This document shows positions 1 through 7,913 of a stretch of 24,037 nucleotides of DNA, one piece after another. Below the pieces are notes generated by a model. That model saw only the letters and a list, made by a program, of their open reading frames with translations. It did no database searches and was not told the origin of the DNA. How positions within the stretch are numbered: position 1 is the stretch's first letter; every line of letters starts with the position of its first letter. The DNA comes from a virus (taxonomy: Duplodnaviria > Caudoviricetes), in IMG/VR virus record IMGVR_UViG_3300033067_001674, positions 1-24,037 of that record; one strand, given 5' to 3'. The position numbers were made by a program, and so were the translations under genes.

Positions 1-151
1 TGGCTCACTTGTCGCCCTCCCTGTCCAGCTTGTCGAGCCCATCCTGCGCAATCCGCCTGAGCCCCCGCGCCCCGCTCTCTGGGACCTAAGAAAACCCGCC
101 CTTTCGTGAAGGGCAACCCGCTCGAACCGGGCTGGAATCCCCGCAGACCGC

Positions 152-754
152 GTGTGGATCCGCACGGCTTCGACGAAGGCTGGCGAATTGGCGAAGCCGC
201 TCCCTGAGTCTACCAAGCGCCGGATCCTCGACCTGCTCGCCAAGGGGCTCTCGGGCGTCGAGGTAGCGAAGCGCTTGCGCGTGAGCCAGGCGAGTGTGAG
301 CGGCGTGCGCAACGCTACTCCGGGCGAGGTCATCGCCCCGACCGCGTCGCCCGCCACTTTGGCCACGATGGCGCCGGCGGACCGGCTCGAGGCCCAGCTC
401 GCCACCCTCGACCAAGTCATCTCGCAGCCCGGCCTCTCTCCGAGCGTTCGGACCAACGTCCTCCGCACCTATTCGCAGCTCCTCGAGCGGGCGACCAAGA
501 TGCGCCAGCGGGACGGCAAGGGCGAGCGCCAGTTCGACGGCCTCGCCGACCTCCTGCTCGCCGGCACCCATGCCGAGCACGCCCGGTGGTCGAAGGAACC
601 CAGCTCGTGGCTCGCTGACGCCGTGCCACGTCAGATGGCCGACCTTCACGAGCTCGCCGGGGCCCTCGAGCGCATCCCGGCCGCTGCCAGGCGTGAGCAC
701 GAGGCCCTGCGTCCCGTTCTCCATCGCATCCTCGCCACCCTCGACGCGCCGTGA
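152..754 (+). CDS. Helix-turn-helix DNA-binding protein, probable terminase small subunit (start may be TTG at 188)
   Basis: N-terminal HTH pattern RRILDLLAKGLSGVEVAKRLRVSQASVS followed by a helical region. Lies immediately upstream of the large terminase with a 4-nt GTGA overlap. Confidence 0.65.
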   Translation: MWIRTASTKAGELAKPLPESTKRRILDLLAKGLSGVEVAKRLRVSQASVSGVRNATPGEVIAPTASPATLATMAPADRLEAQLATLDQVISQPGLSPSVRTNVLRTYSQLLERATKMRQRDGKGERQFDGLADLLLAGTHAEHARWSKEPSSWLADAVPRQMADLHELAGALERIPAAARREHEALRPVLHRILATLDAP

Positions 755-2232
755 CCCCGACGACAGAGGCTCTCGCGGTGCGCCTTGCCCGGCGGTACCG
801 GCACGACCCCATCGGCTTCGCGCGCGAGATCCTGCAGGTCAGGGTGTGGTCCCGCCTCGGCGACCTCCTCCGCGCGGTGCGAGACCACGACTCCGTCGCC
901 ATCCGAGCCGGCCAGAAGGTCAGTAAGACTACCGGTCTGGCCATCATCGCCCTGTGGTGGGTCTGCACGCGGTCCCGAGCCAAAGTCATCTTCTGCGCCC
1001 CGTCGTCGACCCAGGCGCAATCGCAGCTCTACGCCGAGATCGTCCGCCTGCACAACGGGGGCAAGTCCCGCGAGCAACGCGAGCAAGACGGCGGCGCCCT
1101 CGTCGAGCTCGGAGGGACGGCCCTCACCGACTGCGAGGACGGGATCACCTGGGCCGACGGACGGGTCATCTTCGGCTTCCCGGCCAGCGATCCCAAGAAG
1201 GCAGAGCGCTTCCTCGGGCACTCGTCACCGTCGCTGCTCATCATCGCCGACGAGGCATCCGGCATCGACGCCAAGATCCTCTCAACGCTCGACGGCAACC
1301 GGGCGGGCGGCGGCAAGATGATCCTGAGCGGCAACCCGACCCGCGACTCCGGCTACTTCTTCGACGCGTTCCACAAAAACGCGGGCTTCTGGCGCACGCT
1401 GCACGTCTCGAGCGAAGAGAGCCCCAACGTCACAGGCGAGGACTCCGTACCGGGCCTCGCACTCCCCACCTACATCGCCCAGCGCGAGAAGGAGTGGGGT
1501 CGATCGTCGTGGGAGTTCCAGGTGAAGATTCTGGGCAACTTCGCGGCGCAGTCGGAGCGCGCCTACATCGGTCTTGAGACGGTGGTCGGAGCGCAGAAGC
1601 GGTGGGCTCCATCGCCGAGCACCGAAGACCTCTCCCAACCGCTTTCCGTTGGCGTCGACCCGGCCCGCATGGGCAAGGATCACACGTCGATCTGTTTTCG
1701 TCGGGGCGCGTGGGTCGACCACATCCGGACCGTCGCCCAGCTCGACAACGGCGCCGTCGCCGGCATCGTCCTTACCGAGATCGAGGCGCGCGCGCGGCCG
1801 GGCGAAGAGGTGCGCGTCAAGGTCGACCAGACCAACAACAACGGCGTCGTCGACTTCCTCAAGCGCTGCGAGCCCCAGCGCGGGATCGTCCTTCGGCTCG
1901 TCGAGATCACGTCGCAGAGCGCGAGCCTCGACCCTGCGTTCCGAGACCTTCGCTCGCACGTGTGGGGCACCATGCGGGCATGGCTCGCGACAGGAGCCAT
2001 CCCGAGCGACGGCACGTTGCAAGCGCAGATCACGGCGCCGCAGTTCGACTACGACGAGCGGCTGCGCATCCGGCTCGAGAGCAAGCGGGACGTTACCGAG
2101 CGGCTCGGCCGGTCCCCAGACGACGCCGACGCCCTCGCACTTGCGTGCTTCGAGGCGGTCCCCGACACGCACATCGCTGGCGGCGGTCCCGACTGGCTCC
2201 GCCCCACCATCGTCAACCTCTCCACACGGTAG
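751..2232 (+). CDS. terL: Terminase large subunit
   Basis: N-terminal DPIGFAREILQ, Walker A-like RAGQKVSKTT, Walker B LIIADEAS, coupling motif SGNPT, RNase H-like nuclease motifs GVDPARMGKD, VKVD and SPDDADALALA. Confidence 0.93.
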   Translation: MTPTTEALAVRLARRYRHDPIGFAREILQVRVWSRLGDLLRAVRDHDSVAIRAGQKVSKTTGLAIIALWWVCTRSRAKVIFCAPSSTQAQSQLYAEIVRLHNGGKSREQREQDGGALVELGGTALTDCEDGITWADGRVIFGFPASDPKKAERFLGHSSPSLLIIADEASGIDAKILSTLDGNRAGGGKMILSGNPTRDSGYFFDAFHKNAGFWRTLHVSSEESPNVTGEDSVPGLALPTYIAQREKEWGRSSWEFQVKILGNFAAQSERAYIGLETVVGAQKRWAPSPSTEDLSQPLSVGVDPARMGKDHTSICFRRGAWVDHIRTVAQLDNGAVAGIVLTEIEARARPGEEVRVKVDQTNNNGVVDFLKRCEPQRGIVLRLVEITSQSASLDPAFRDLRSHVWGTMRAWLATGAIPSDGTLQAQITAPQFDYDERLRIRLESKRDVTERLGRSPDDADALALACFEAVPDTHIAGGGPDWLRPTIVNLSTR

Positions 2233-2237
2233 GCCTC

Positions 2238-3656
2238 ATGTCGAACGTCCGGACGATCAGCGCTGCTCGATCGCCCGAGGCGCTCCCTGCCCTCCCGCCA
2301 GGATCCGGCCCGTCCATGACGGTGCTTCGCGAGCCGTCGACCCGCTACTATTACACGTGGACGCCCGCGCTCATCCGCGCCGCCGAGGTTGCAGCGATGA
2401 GCGGCAACCTCCGTCTCGCCGCCGACTTGTGCGAGTGGATGATGGGCGACGATCGCGTCAAGGCGGTCCTTGACACCCGCACCGACGCGCTCCTCGGCCT
2501 GCCCTTCGAGGTGCTCCCCGCAGGCGACGGGCGAACCGGCCCGCGAGCCGCGCGCATCATCGGTGACGAGTGGGAGGAGTCGTTCCCCGAACCGGAGCTC
2601 AAGAAGTTGCTCGCGTGGGGCATCATGCTCGGCGTCGGGCTCGCGCAGATCATCTGGCACGAGGTCGCGGGGATGTGGATCCCCCGACTCGAGGTCTGGT
2701 CGCCGCGCTGGCTCTCCTACGACTACGAGCGCCGATCTTGGATGGTCGAGGCGGCCGGGCCCAGCGGGCTCTCGTCGTCCATGCCGTCGCAACGTGAGCC
2801 GATCTGCCCAGGCGATGGCCAGTGGATCGTCTACACCCCCGAAGGTCGTAGCCGCCCCTGGGTCCACGGCGCCTACCGCTCCCTCGCGCGCTGGACGCTA
2901 CTGAAACAGTACGCGCAGACCGACTGGGGGTTCTATTCCGAGCGGCTTGGCCAGGGCGTGTGGGTCGCCGAGACCGACCCCACGAAGGCGGGTGCGGCGA
3001 CCGGCACCGAGACCCAGCGGAAGCAGCTCGCCGCCGACCTGCAGACGCTCGGACGCAACAGCGCGATCGGGCTGCTCCCAGGGCAGACCCTCAAGCTCGT
3101 CGAGAGCGTGGCGCGCTCGCAGGAGAATTTCCGCGCGCAGATCGAACTCGCCGACAACGGGACCGCGGTCAGTATTCTCGGCCAGAACCTCTCGACGCAG
3201 GCGGGGTCCGGCGGGTCGATCGGGTCTGCCACGCTCCACGGCAAGGTCGCTCACGGTCGCACGCGCGTCGACGGCAAGACGCTTCCAAGCGCGCTCCGCG
3301 GCCAGTGCCTCGTTCGGTTCGGAGAGTGGAATTTCGCCGACGAGACCGTCGCTCCGCGCCCGTGGTGGGACACCAAGCCCGTCGACGACGAGAAACTCGA
3401 GGCCGACATCGACATGGAGCGCGCGCAGGCGGCCGCCACGCGCGTCAACGCGGGGATCACTACGCCGAACGAGGAGCGCGCGGCGCGCGGGCTCCCCCGT
3501 ATCGAGGGCGGCGATGTCTTGCGATCGGCAATCCCCGCGACCTCGAGCAACGAGACGCCCGCGACCACTTCCGTGAGTAGCCCCGACCTCGAGCACGCGG
3601 GCGACGACCCGTCCCCGGCGACCGACCCCAACGACGAGCAGGACCCAGACGAATGA
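2238..3656 (+). CDS. Portal protein, DUF935 / Mu gp29-like
   Basis: Start taken as ATG 2238, 5 nt after the terL stop; the upstream part of the 1602 ORF is a shadow over terL. Motifs DDRVKAVLDTRTDALL, GLAQIIW, WGFYSERLG, SILGQNLST and GSATLHGKV are typical of DUF935 portals. Position directly after terL. Confidence 0.88.
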   Translation: MSNVRTISAARSPEALPALPPGSGPSMTVLREPSTRYYYTWTPALIRAAEVAAMSGNLRLAADLCEWMMGDDRVKAVLDTRTDALLGLPFEVLPAGDGRTGPRAARIIGDEWEESFPEPELKKLLAWGIMLGVGLAQIIWHEVAGMWIPRLEVWSPRWLSYDYERRSWMVEAAGPSGLSSSMPSQREPICPGDGQWIVYTPEGRSRPWVHGAYRSLARWTLLKQYAQTDWGFYSERLGQGVWVAETDPTKAGAATGTETQRKQLAADLQTLGRNSAIGLLPGQTLKLVESVARSQENFRAQIELADNGTAVSILGQNLSTQAGSGGSIGSATLHGKVAHGRTRVDGKTLPSALRGQCLVRFGEWNFADETVAPRPWWDTKPVDDEKLEADIDMERAQAAATRVNAGITTPNEERAARGLPRIEGGDVLRSAIPATSSNETPATTSVSSPDLEHAGDDPSPATDPNDEQDPDE

Positions 3657-5236
3657 CTCGCGCGCTTCACCTCGCCGCTGCCATCGCGTGGGCCATCTCT
3701 CCGGAGTGGCTCGGGACGATCCTCACTATCGCCAACCGCGAAGGCGCCGGGCCCGAGGCGGTCTCCGCCGAGCTCGGCCGGCCGCTCGAGAACACCCACG
3801 CCGTCGAGCGCCGCGGAGACATCGCGGTCATCCCGGTACACGGACCGATATTCCGCCGCGCCAACCTGTTCTCGCAGGTGTCGGGCGCCACGAGCGTGCA
3901 GGTGCTCGCCACCGATCTGCACATGGCTCTCGATGCCGAGGAGATCAAGGCGGTCGTCCTTGACGTCGACTCCCCTGGCGGCGAGGCCAACGGCATCTCC
4001 GAGCTTGCCGCGATGATCTTCGCCGCGCGCGGACGGAAGCCGATCTACGCCTACGTCGGCGGCACCGGCGCCAGCGCCGCCTACTGGATCGCCGCCGCCT
4101 GCGACAAGATCCTCGTCAACGACACCGCGTGCGTCGGCTCGATCGGCGTCGTGCGAGCGATGCCCAACCCGGCCGCCTCGAGCGCGCGTGACATCGAGAT
4201 CGTGTCGTCGGTCAGCCCGAACAAGCGGCCCGACGTGACGACCAAAGACGGCCGCGCCGTCGTGCAGGCCGAGGTCGACGCGCTCGCCGATGTCTTCGTC
4301 GGCGCCGTCGCTCGATACCGAGGCGTGAGCCCCGAGACCGTCGTCGAGCGGTTCGGTCGCGGGGGATGCCTCATCGGCGCCGCCGCCGTCGATGCCGGCA
4401 TGGCCGACGGGCTCTCGTCCTTCGAAGCCGTGCTCGCGTCGCTCGCCGAGCCCACCACGTCCACCCCCGGCGGGATGACCGCCACCGCACCGGAGACCCG
4501 CCCCATGGCCAAGCCCGCCGCTTCTCTCCCCGCCCGCACCCTCGCCGCCGAGGACGACATGCCCCCCGCCAGCGAGCCCGCGGGCGAGCCCGACGGCGAC
4601 GAGCCGAAGGGACCGGCGTTCGCCGAGGGCGATGCCGTCATGGTCGGCGAGCGTCCGGCCGAGGTCACCGAAGTGCGCAACGGCCCCCACTACGCGGTGA
4701 CCTTCACCGACGAGCAGGGCGGCGCGTTCCAGTGGGCCAGCGAAGACGAGCTCGAGGCCGCGGGCTCGGAAGCGCAGGAAGATGGCGAGGAGCCGACCGC
4801 CGAAGACGATGAGGACGGCAAGGACAAGGCCCTGCGTTCCGCCCGCGCCGAGATCCGCGCCCTCAAGGCAAAGCTCGCCGGCAAGACGAGCGCCCAGCGG
4901 CGCGCAACGTCGACCGCCATCGCCGAACGCGCCCTCGCCGATCGCCGGGTGACCCCCGCCGCGCTTCCGCACCTCCGCGCCCTCGCGACCGCCATCGGCG
5001 CCAACCCCCGCGCCCACGTCGCGCTCGAGTCGTTCGTGTCCGCGCTGCCCCGCATCCCCGCAGCCACGAGCGTGCGCATGCCCCCGAAGCAGGACGCCAA
5101 CGACACCCCCGCGCACCTCAAGTGGGCGGGTCGCGACTTTTCGACGCTGACCATGGCCGAGAAGGAAAGCCTCTACGCCGAGGCCCCCGAGCTTTTCGCG
5201 CAGATGCGCTCCGCCTCGCGTCCGCCCGCCGCCTGA
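3653..5236 (+). CDS. S49 (SppA/ClpP-class) prohead maturation protease with C-terminal scaffold region
   Basis: Motifs IAVIPVHGPI, LDVDSPGGE, GASAAYWIAAACD, VGSIGV, PNKRPD and AVDAGMADG. C-terminal acidic linker and helical scaffold-like region ending TMAEKESLYAEAPELFAQMR. Confidence 0.92.
   Translation: MTRALHLAAAIAWAISPEWLGTILTIANREGAGPEAVSAELGRPLENTHAVERRGDIAVIPVHGPIFRRANLFSQVSGATSVQVLATDLHMALDAEEIKAVVLDVDSPGGEANGISELAAMIFAARGRKPIYAYVGGTGASAAYWIAAACDKILVNDTACVGSIGVVRAMPNPAASSARDIEIVSSVSPNKRPDVTTKDGRAVVQAEVDALADVFVGAVARYRGVSPETVVERFGRGGCLIGAAAVDAGMADGLSSFEAVLASLAEPTTSTPGGMTATAPETRPMAKPAASLPARTLAAEDDMPPASEPAGEPDGDEPKGPAFAEGDAVMVGERPAEVTEVRNGPHYAVTFTDEQGGAFQWASEDELEAAGSEAQEDGEEPTAEDDEDGKDKALRSARAEIRALKAKLAGKTSAQRRATSTAIAERALADRRVTPAALPHLRALATAIGANPRAHVALESFVSALPRIPAATSVRMPPKQDANDTPAHLKWAGRDFSTLTMAEKESLYAEAPELFAQMRSASRPPAA
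4491..4511 (+). promoter_or_regulatory. Shine-Dalgarno/start motif CGGAGAC-N4-CCCATGGCCA (internal, in protease gene)
   Basis: cggagac ccgc ccc atggcca; matches the motifs at 5333 and 9009. Confidence 0.6.
4505..5236 (+). CDS. Putative nested in-frame scaffolding protein (lambda C/Nu3-like arrangement), 243 aa
   Basis: In-frame ATG just after the protease domain, preceded by CGGAGAC at 4491-4497. This is the same start context as the capsid and sheath genes. Confidence 0.62.
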   Translation: MAKPAASLPARTLAAEDDMPPASEPAGEPDGDEPKGPAFAEGDAVMVGERPAEVTEVRNGPHYAVTFTDEQGGAFQWASEDELEAAGSEAQEDGEEPTAEDDEDGKDKALRSARAEIRALKAKLAGKTSAQRRATSTAIAERALADRRVTPAALPHLRALATAIGANPRAHVALESFVSALPRIPAATSVRMPPKQDANDTPAHLKWAGRDFSTLTMAEKESLYAEAPELFAQMRSASRPPAA

Positions 5237-5332
5237 CCCTGAGGCCATGCGGGGCTGAGCCCGCGGCCACCCACCGTCCCCAACTCCGCGGCGCGCCCCG
5301 AGCGCGTGGCGCGGTCCGTCACGCCCTCACCA

Positions 5333-5354
5333 CGGAGACAGCAGCCCATGGCCA
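5333..5354 (+). promoter_or_regulatory. Shine-Dalgarno/start motif CGGAGAC-N5-CCCATGGCCA of the major capsid gene
   Basis: cggagac agcag ccc atggcca; contains GGAG upstream of ATG 5348. Confidence 0.75.
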
Positions 5355-6580
5355 CCATCACCAAGTCGAACCAAATCATCCCGGAGCTCTTCGCCGAGGC
5401 CGTGGATGGTGCCTTCGCCTCCGCGTCCGCGTTCATGGGCGCCGAGGCCGTCAACCTCGGGATCGTGCAGGTCAACGGGAGCTTCCCGCAGGCCGGCCCG
5501 GACAAGATCGGCAGCACGGTCAGCGTCCCCTACTTCGGGAGTCTCGGCGAGTTCGTCTCGCGCACGGACGGCACCCCGGCGACCGCCACCGCGTCGTCGA
5601 TGTCGAAGGAGCAGGGCACGATCGACTGCGGCACCCTCGGGTTCGAGCTCACCACGTGGGCCGGTTCCGTGCCCGTGCCCGGCCGCTCCCCGTACGAGGT
5701 CTACGCGGGCCAGGTGCTGCAGGCGGCGGAACGCTGGTGCGACCGCAAGATCATCGACGCCGCGTGCGCGGGCAACAACCAGCTCGTGTACGACGTCTAC
5801 TCGTCGACCACGCCGAAGAACATGGACTACGACGTGCTCGTGTCCTCGCTCGGCCTCTGGCGCGACCGCGGACGTCTGAACGAGATCGCCGCCATCGCGG
5901 TCTCGTCGGCGACCATGATCGATCTGCTCAAGCTCAAGGACGCGGTGGGCCGCCCGCTGCTCGTCCTCCCCAACGAGCCCGGCATCCCGCCCGTCATCTT
6001 CGGCAAGCCGCTGATCGTGAGCGATCGCCTCCCGACCGACAACAGCTCGCTGACCGCGGTCACGTCGGCCGGCACCTCGCCGCCCACCATCACCGTGGCG
6101 ACCTCGGCCAACCGCGAAGGCATCACCGGCCCGGTGCGGCCGGCCGACATCAAGATCGCGTGCACCACCACCGGCGCGCTCGGCGCGTGGAAGTTCAAGC
6201 TTTCGATCGACGGCGGCGCGACCTTCACGGCCGACGACGCCTACACCTCGGGCGCGACCGTCGAGCTCCTCGACCCGCTCGACCCCGCCGGCGGAAAGCT
6301 CGGCATCACCCTCTCGATCGCGGCCGGTTCCGCCAGCGCGAACAACACGTGGGTGTTCAAGACCATCACCAAGCAGACGTCGCTGCTCCTCAAGAAGAAC
6401 AGCCTCGTCTTCTGGTACAACGCCCAGTACGCCGGCGTCCTGCAGTCGGTCCCCGTGCCGCTGAACGACAGCATGATCTATGCCTCGCACCTCTACAGTG
6501 TGGCGCACCGCTACATCCGGCTCCCCGGGCAGAACCTGCCGGGCGTCGTCAAGATCCGCCACAACGCCGGCGGTCTCTGA
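5348..6580 (+). CDS. Major capsid protein (HK97 fold, N4-gp56-like family) with an inserted beta-sandwich domain
   Basis: Follows the protease/scaffold gene and has a strong RBS. N-terminal TITKSNQIIPELFAEAV, GSTVSVPYFGSLG, LLKLKDAVGRPL and IFGKPLIVSDRLP motifs are typical of HK97-fold capsids. Insertion spans about 6041-6364. Confidence 0.88.
   Translation: MATITKSNQIIPELFAEAVDGAFASASAFMGAEAVNLGIVQVNGSFPQAGPDKIGSTVSVPYFGSLGEFVSRTDGTPATATASSMSKEQGTIDCGTLGFELTTWAGSVPVPGRSPYEVYAGQVLQAAERWCDRKIIDAACAGNNQLVYDVYSSTTPKNMDYDVLVSSLGLWRDRGRLNEIAAIAVSSATMIDLLKLKDAVGRPLLVLPNEPGIPPVIFGKPLIVSDRLPTDNSSLTAVTSAGTSPPTITVATSANREGITGPVRPADIKIACTTTGALGAWKFKLSIDGGATFTADDAYTSGATVELLDPLDPAGGKLGITLSIAAGSASANNTWVFKTITKQTSLLLKKNSLVFWYNAQYAGVLQSVPVPLNDSMIYASHLYSVAHRYIRLPGQNLPGVVKIRHNAGGL
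6068..6087 (+). repeat. 20-nt direct repeat copy 1 (GCCGGCACCTCGCCGCCCAC), in the capsid insertion domain
   Basis: Identical to 9302-9321; both encode AGTSPPT. Confidence 0.9.
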
Positions 6581-6605
6581 GCCGCTGTCGTCGTAGGGAG
6601 AGGCC

Positions 6606-6869
6606 GTGCATCCACGCCGCTACTACCTGTTGCAAGCGCTCTTCGAGAAGAGCAAGGGCGCCGACGCCGCGTGGTTCACGCTGCGTGGGCAGCAGCAGGC
6701 GCTCGCAGGCACGGCCCTTCCGACGACGATCGTCCGATACGACCTCCTCATCGCCGCCGGGTACCTCACCTACGAGGACGTGCGCGGCGCCCGAGCTGAC
6801 GAGCTCATGAAAACCGCCGGGCTGAACCGGCGCGAGGCCGACGCGGTGATTGCCGCGGTCGGCGCCTGA
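6606..6869 (+). CDS. Small protein with a helix-hairpin-helix-like C-terminal domain
   Basis: LIAAGYLTYEDVRGARADELMKTAGLNRREADAVIAAV resembles HhH repeats of RadA N-terminus / NusA-AR type. RBS GGGAGAGG upstream of GTG. Confidence 0.65.
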   Translation: MHPRRYYLLQALFEKSKGADAAWFTLRGQQQALAGTALPTTIVRYDLLIAAGYLTYEDVRGARADELMKTAGLNRREADAVIAAVGA

Positions 6870-6893
6870 ACCCCTCCCCGGGAGCAACGTCCG

Positions 6894-7286
6894 ATGGCCT
6901 CTCAAGTCCTCCTGCCGGTCTCCGGCTTCACCATGAGCAACGGGAAGTTCGCCAACGTCACCGGCGCGCCGATGTTCCCCCTGCAGACGCAGACGGCGAC
7001 GGCAACCGGCGACATCTTCGAGGTCGGCGACCGCCTCGGTCTCCGGCTCACGCTCAACGTGACCGCGGCGAGCGGGACCACCCCGACCCTCGACGTCATC
7101 GTCGAGACCTCGGACGATCCCACGTTCGCGACCAACGCCCGCACCCTCATGACCTTCACGCAGAAGACCACGACCGGCACGCAGCGCCTCAGCGCGGCCG
7201 GCATGGACCGCTACATCCGCCCGAAGGCGACGATCGGCGGGACCACCCCGTCGTTCACGTTCTCGCTCGACGGCGAGGCCGTCTGA
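6894..7286 (+). CDS. Putative head decoration/cement protein (Thr-rich beta-sandwich)
   Basis: 130 aa, alternating beta-strand pattern (LRLTLNVTAASGTTPTLDVIVETSDD...RYIRPKATIGG). GGGAG RBS; located near the capsid gene. Confidence 0.55.
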   Translation: MASQVLLPVSGFTMSNGKFANVTGAPMFPLQTQTATATGDIFEVGDRLGLRLTLNVTAASGTTPTLDVIVETSDDPTFATNARTLMTFTQKTTTGTQRLSAAGMDRYIRPKATIGGTTPSFTFSLDGEAV

Positions 7287-7290
7287 GTCG

Positions 7291-7725
7291 ATGTCCCTTA
7301 CGGACGTCACCGCCGGAGGCGTCCTGCTCGCCACCACGGCGGATCTTGCTGTACTGGGGATCTCGGAGGCGGTGACCGCGGACATCCCGGCGGCTACCCT
7401 CACCGCCATCCTCACGGCGGCGACCGAAACCGCAGGGTCGATCCTGCAGTCGAGCGGGCGCATTAAGTTGCCCCTCACCTCGTGGGGGGCCGACATCAAG
7501 TCCGCAGTCGCCAAGATGGCGGCATGGGACGTGATGTGCGTGCGCATCGGGCACAACCCCGAAGACCCCAACAACTTCGTGTGGCGAGACCGCGACACCG
7601 CAGCGCGGACCTACCTCGAGCAGGTGGCGCGCGGCTTCGTGGTGCCCGTGGGCCTCGTCGACGCCACTCCGACGGTCACGAAGACCGGCACCGAGATCTA
7701 CACCGAACCGCTACGAGGATGGTGA
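7291..7725 (+). CDS. Head-tail adaptor, Mu gp36 / DUF1320-like
   Basis: Pattern ATTADL...AATETAGSILQS..IKLPLTSW...VAKMAAWDVM...RDTAARTYLEQVARG matches the gp36/DUF1320 layout. Synteny. Confidence 0.75.
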   Translation: MSLTDVTAGGVLLATTADLAVLGISEAVTADIPAATLTAILTAATETAGSILQSSGRIKLPLTSWGADIKSAVAKMAAWDVMCVRIGHNPEDPNNFVWRDRDTAARTYLEQVARGFVVPVGLVDATPTVTKTGTEIYTEPLRGW

Positions 7726-7913
7726 TGGCCAACTCCGACACGCCCGCCAAGGACCCGATCGCCGCCGTCGACGCTGCCAAGAAGGCTGTCGCCGAGGTGA
7801 ACACCAAGCGCGACGAGGCGCTCAAGGCCGTCAACGATCTCACCGTGGCGCTCGAGAAGGCCGAGGCCGATCTCGTCGCGGCACGCGCTGCGGTCTCCCG
7901 CACCATCGCGTGA
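7725..7913 (+). CDS. Small coiled-coil protein (62 aa), unknown function
   Basis: ATG overlaps the previous stop (TGATG) and its own stop overlaps the next GTG. GAGGA upstream. Heptad-like Ala/Lys/Glu-rich helix. Confidence 0.7.
   Translation: MANSDTPAKDPIAAVDAAKKAVAEVNTKRDEALKAVNDLTVALEKAEADLVAARAAVSRTIA

Noticed and set aside
81-87. GGGACCT resembling lambda cosQ (GGGTCCT)
   Set aside because: One mismatch in 7 nt is not significant, and the terminase is not evidently of the lambda gpA type.
1602-2237. N-terminal 212 aa of the 684-aa ORF
   Set aside because: Overlaps terL out of frame and is Arg-rich nonsense; the portal most plausibly starts at ATG 2238.
5122-6810. Long + strand alternative-frame Arg-rich ORFs (also 11428-13524, 18719-20218)
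   Set aside because: Off-frame readings of real genes; composition reflects shifted GC-rich codons.
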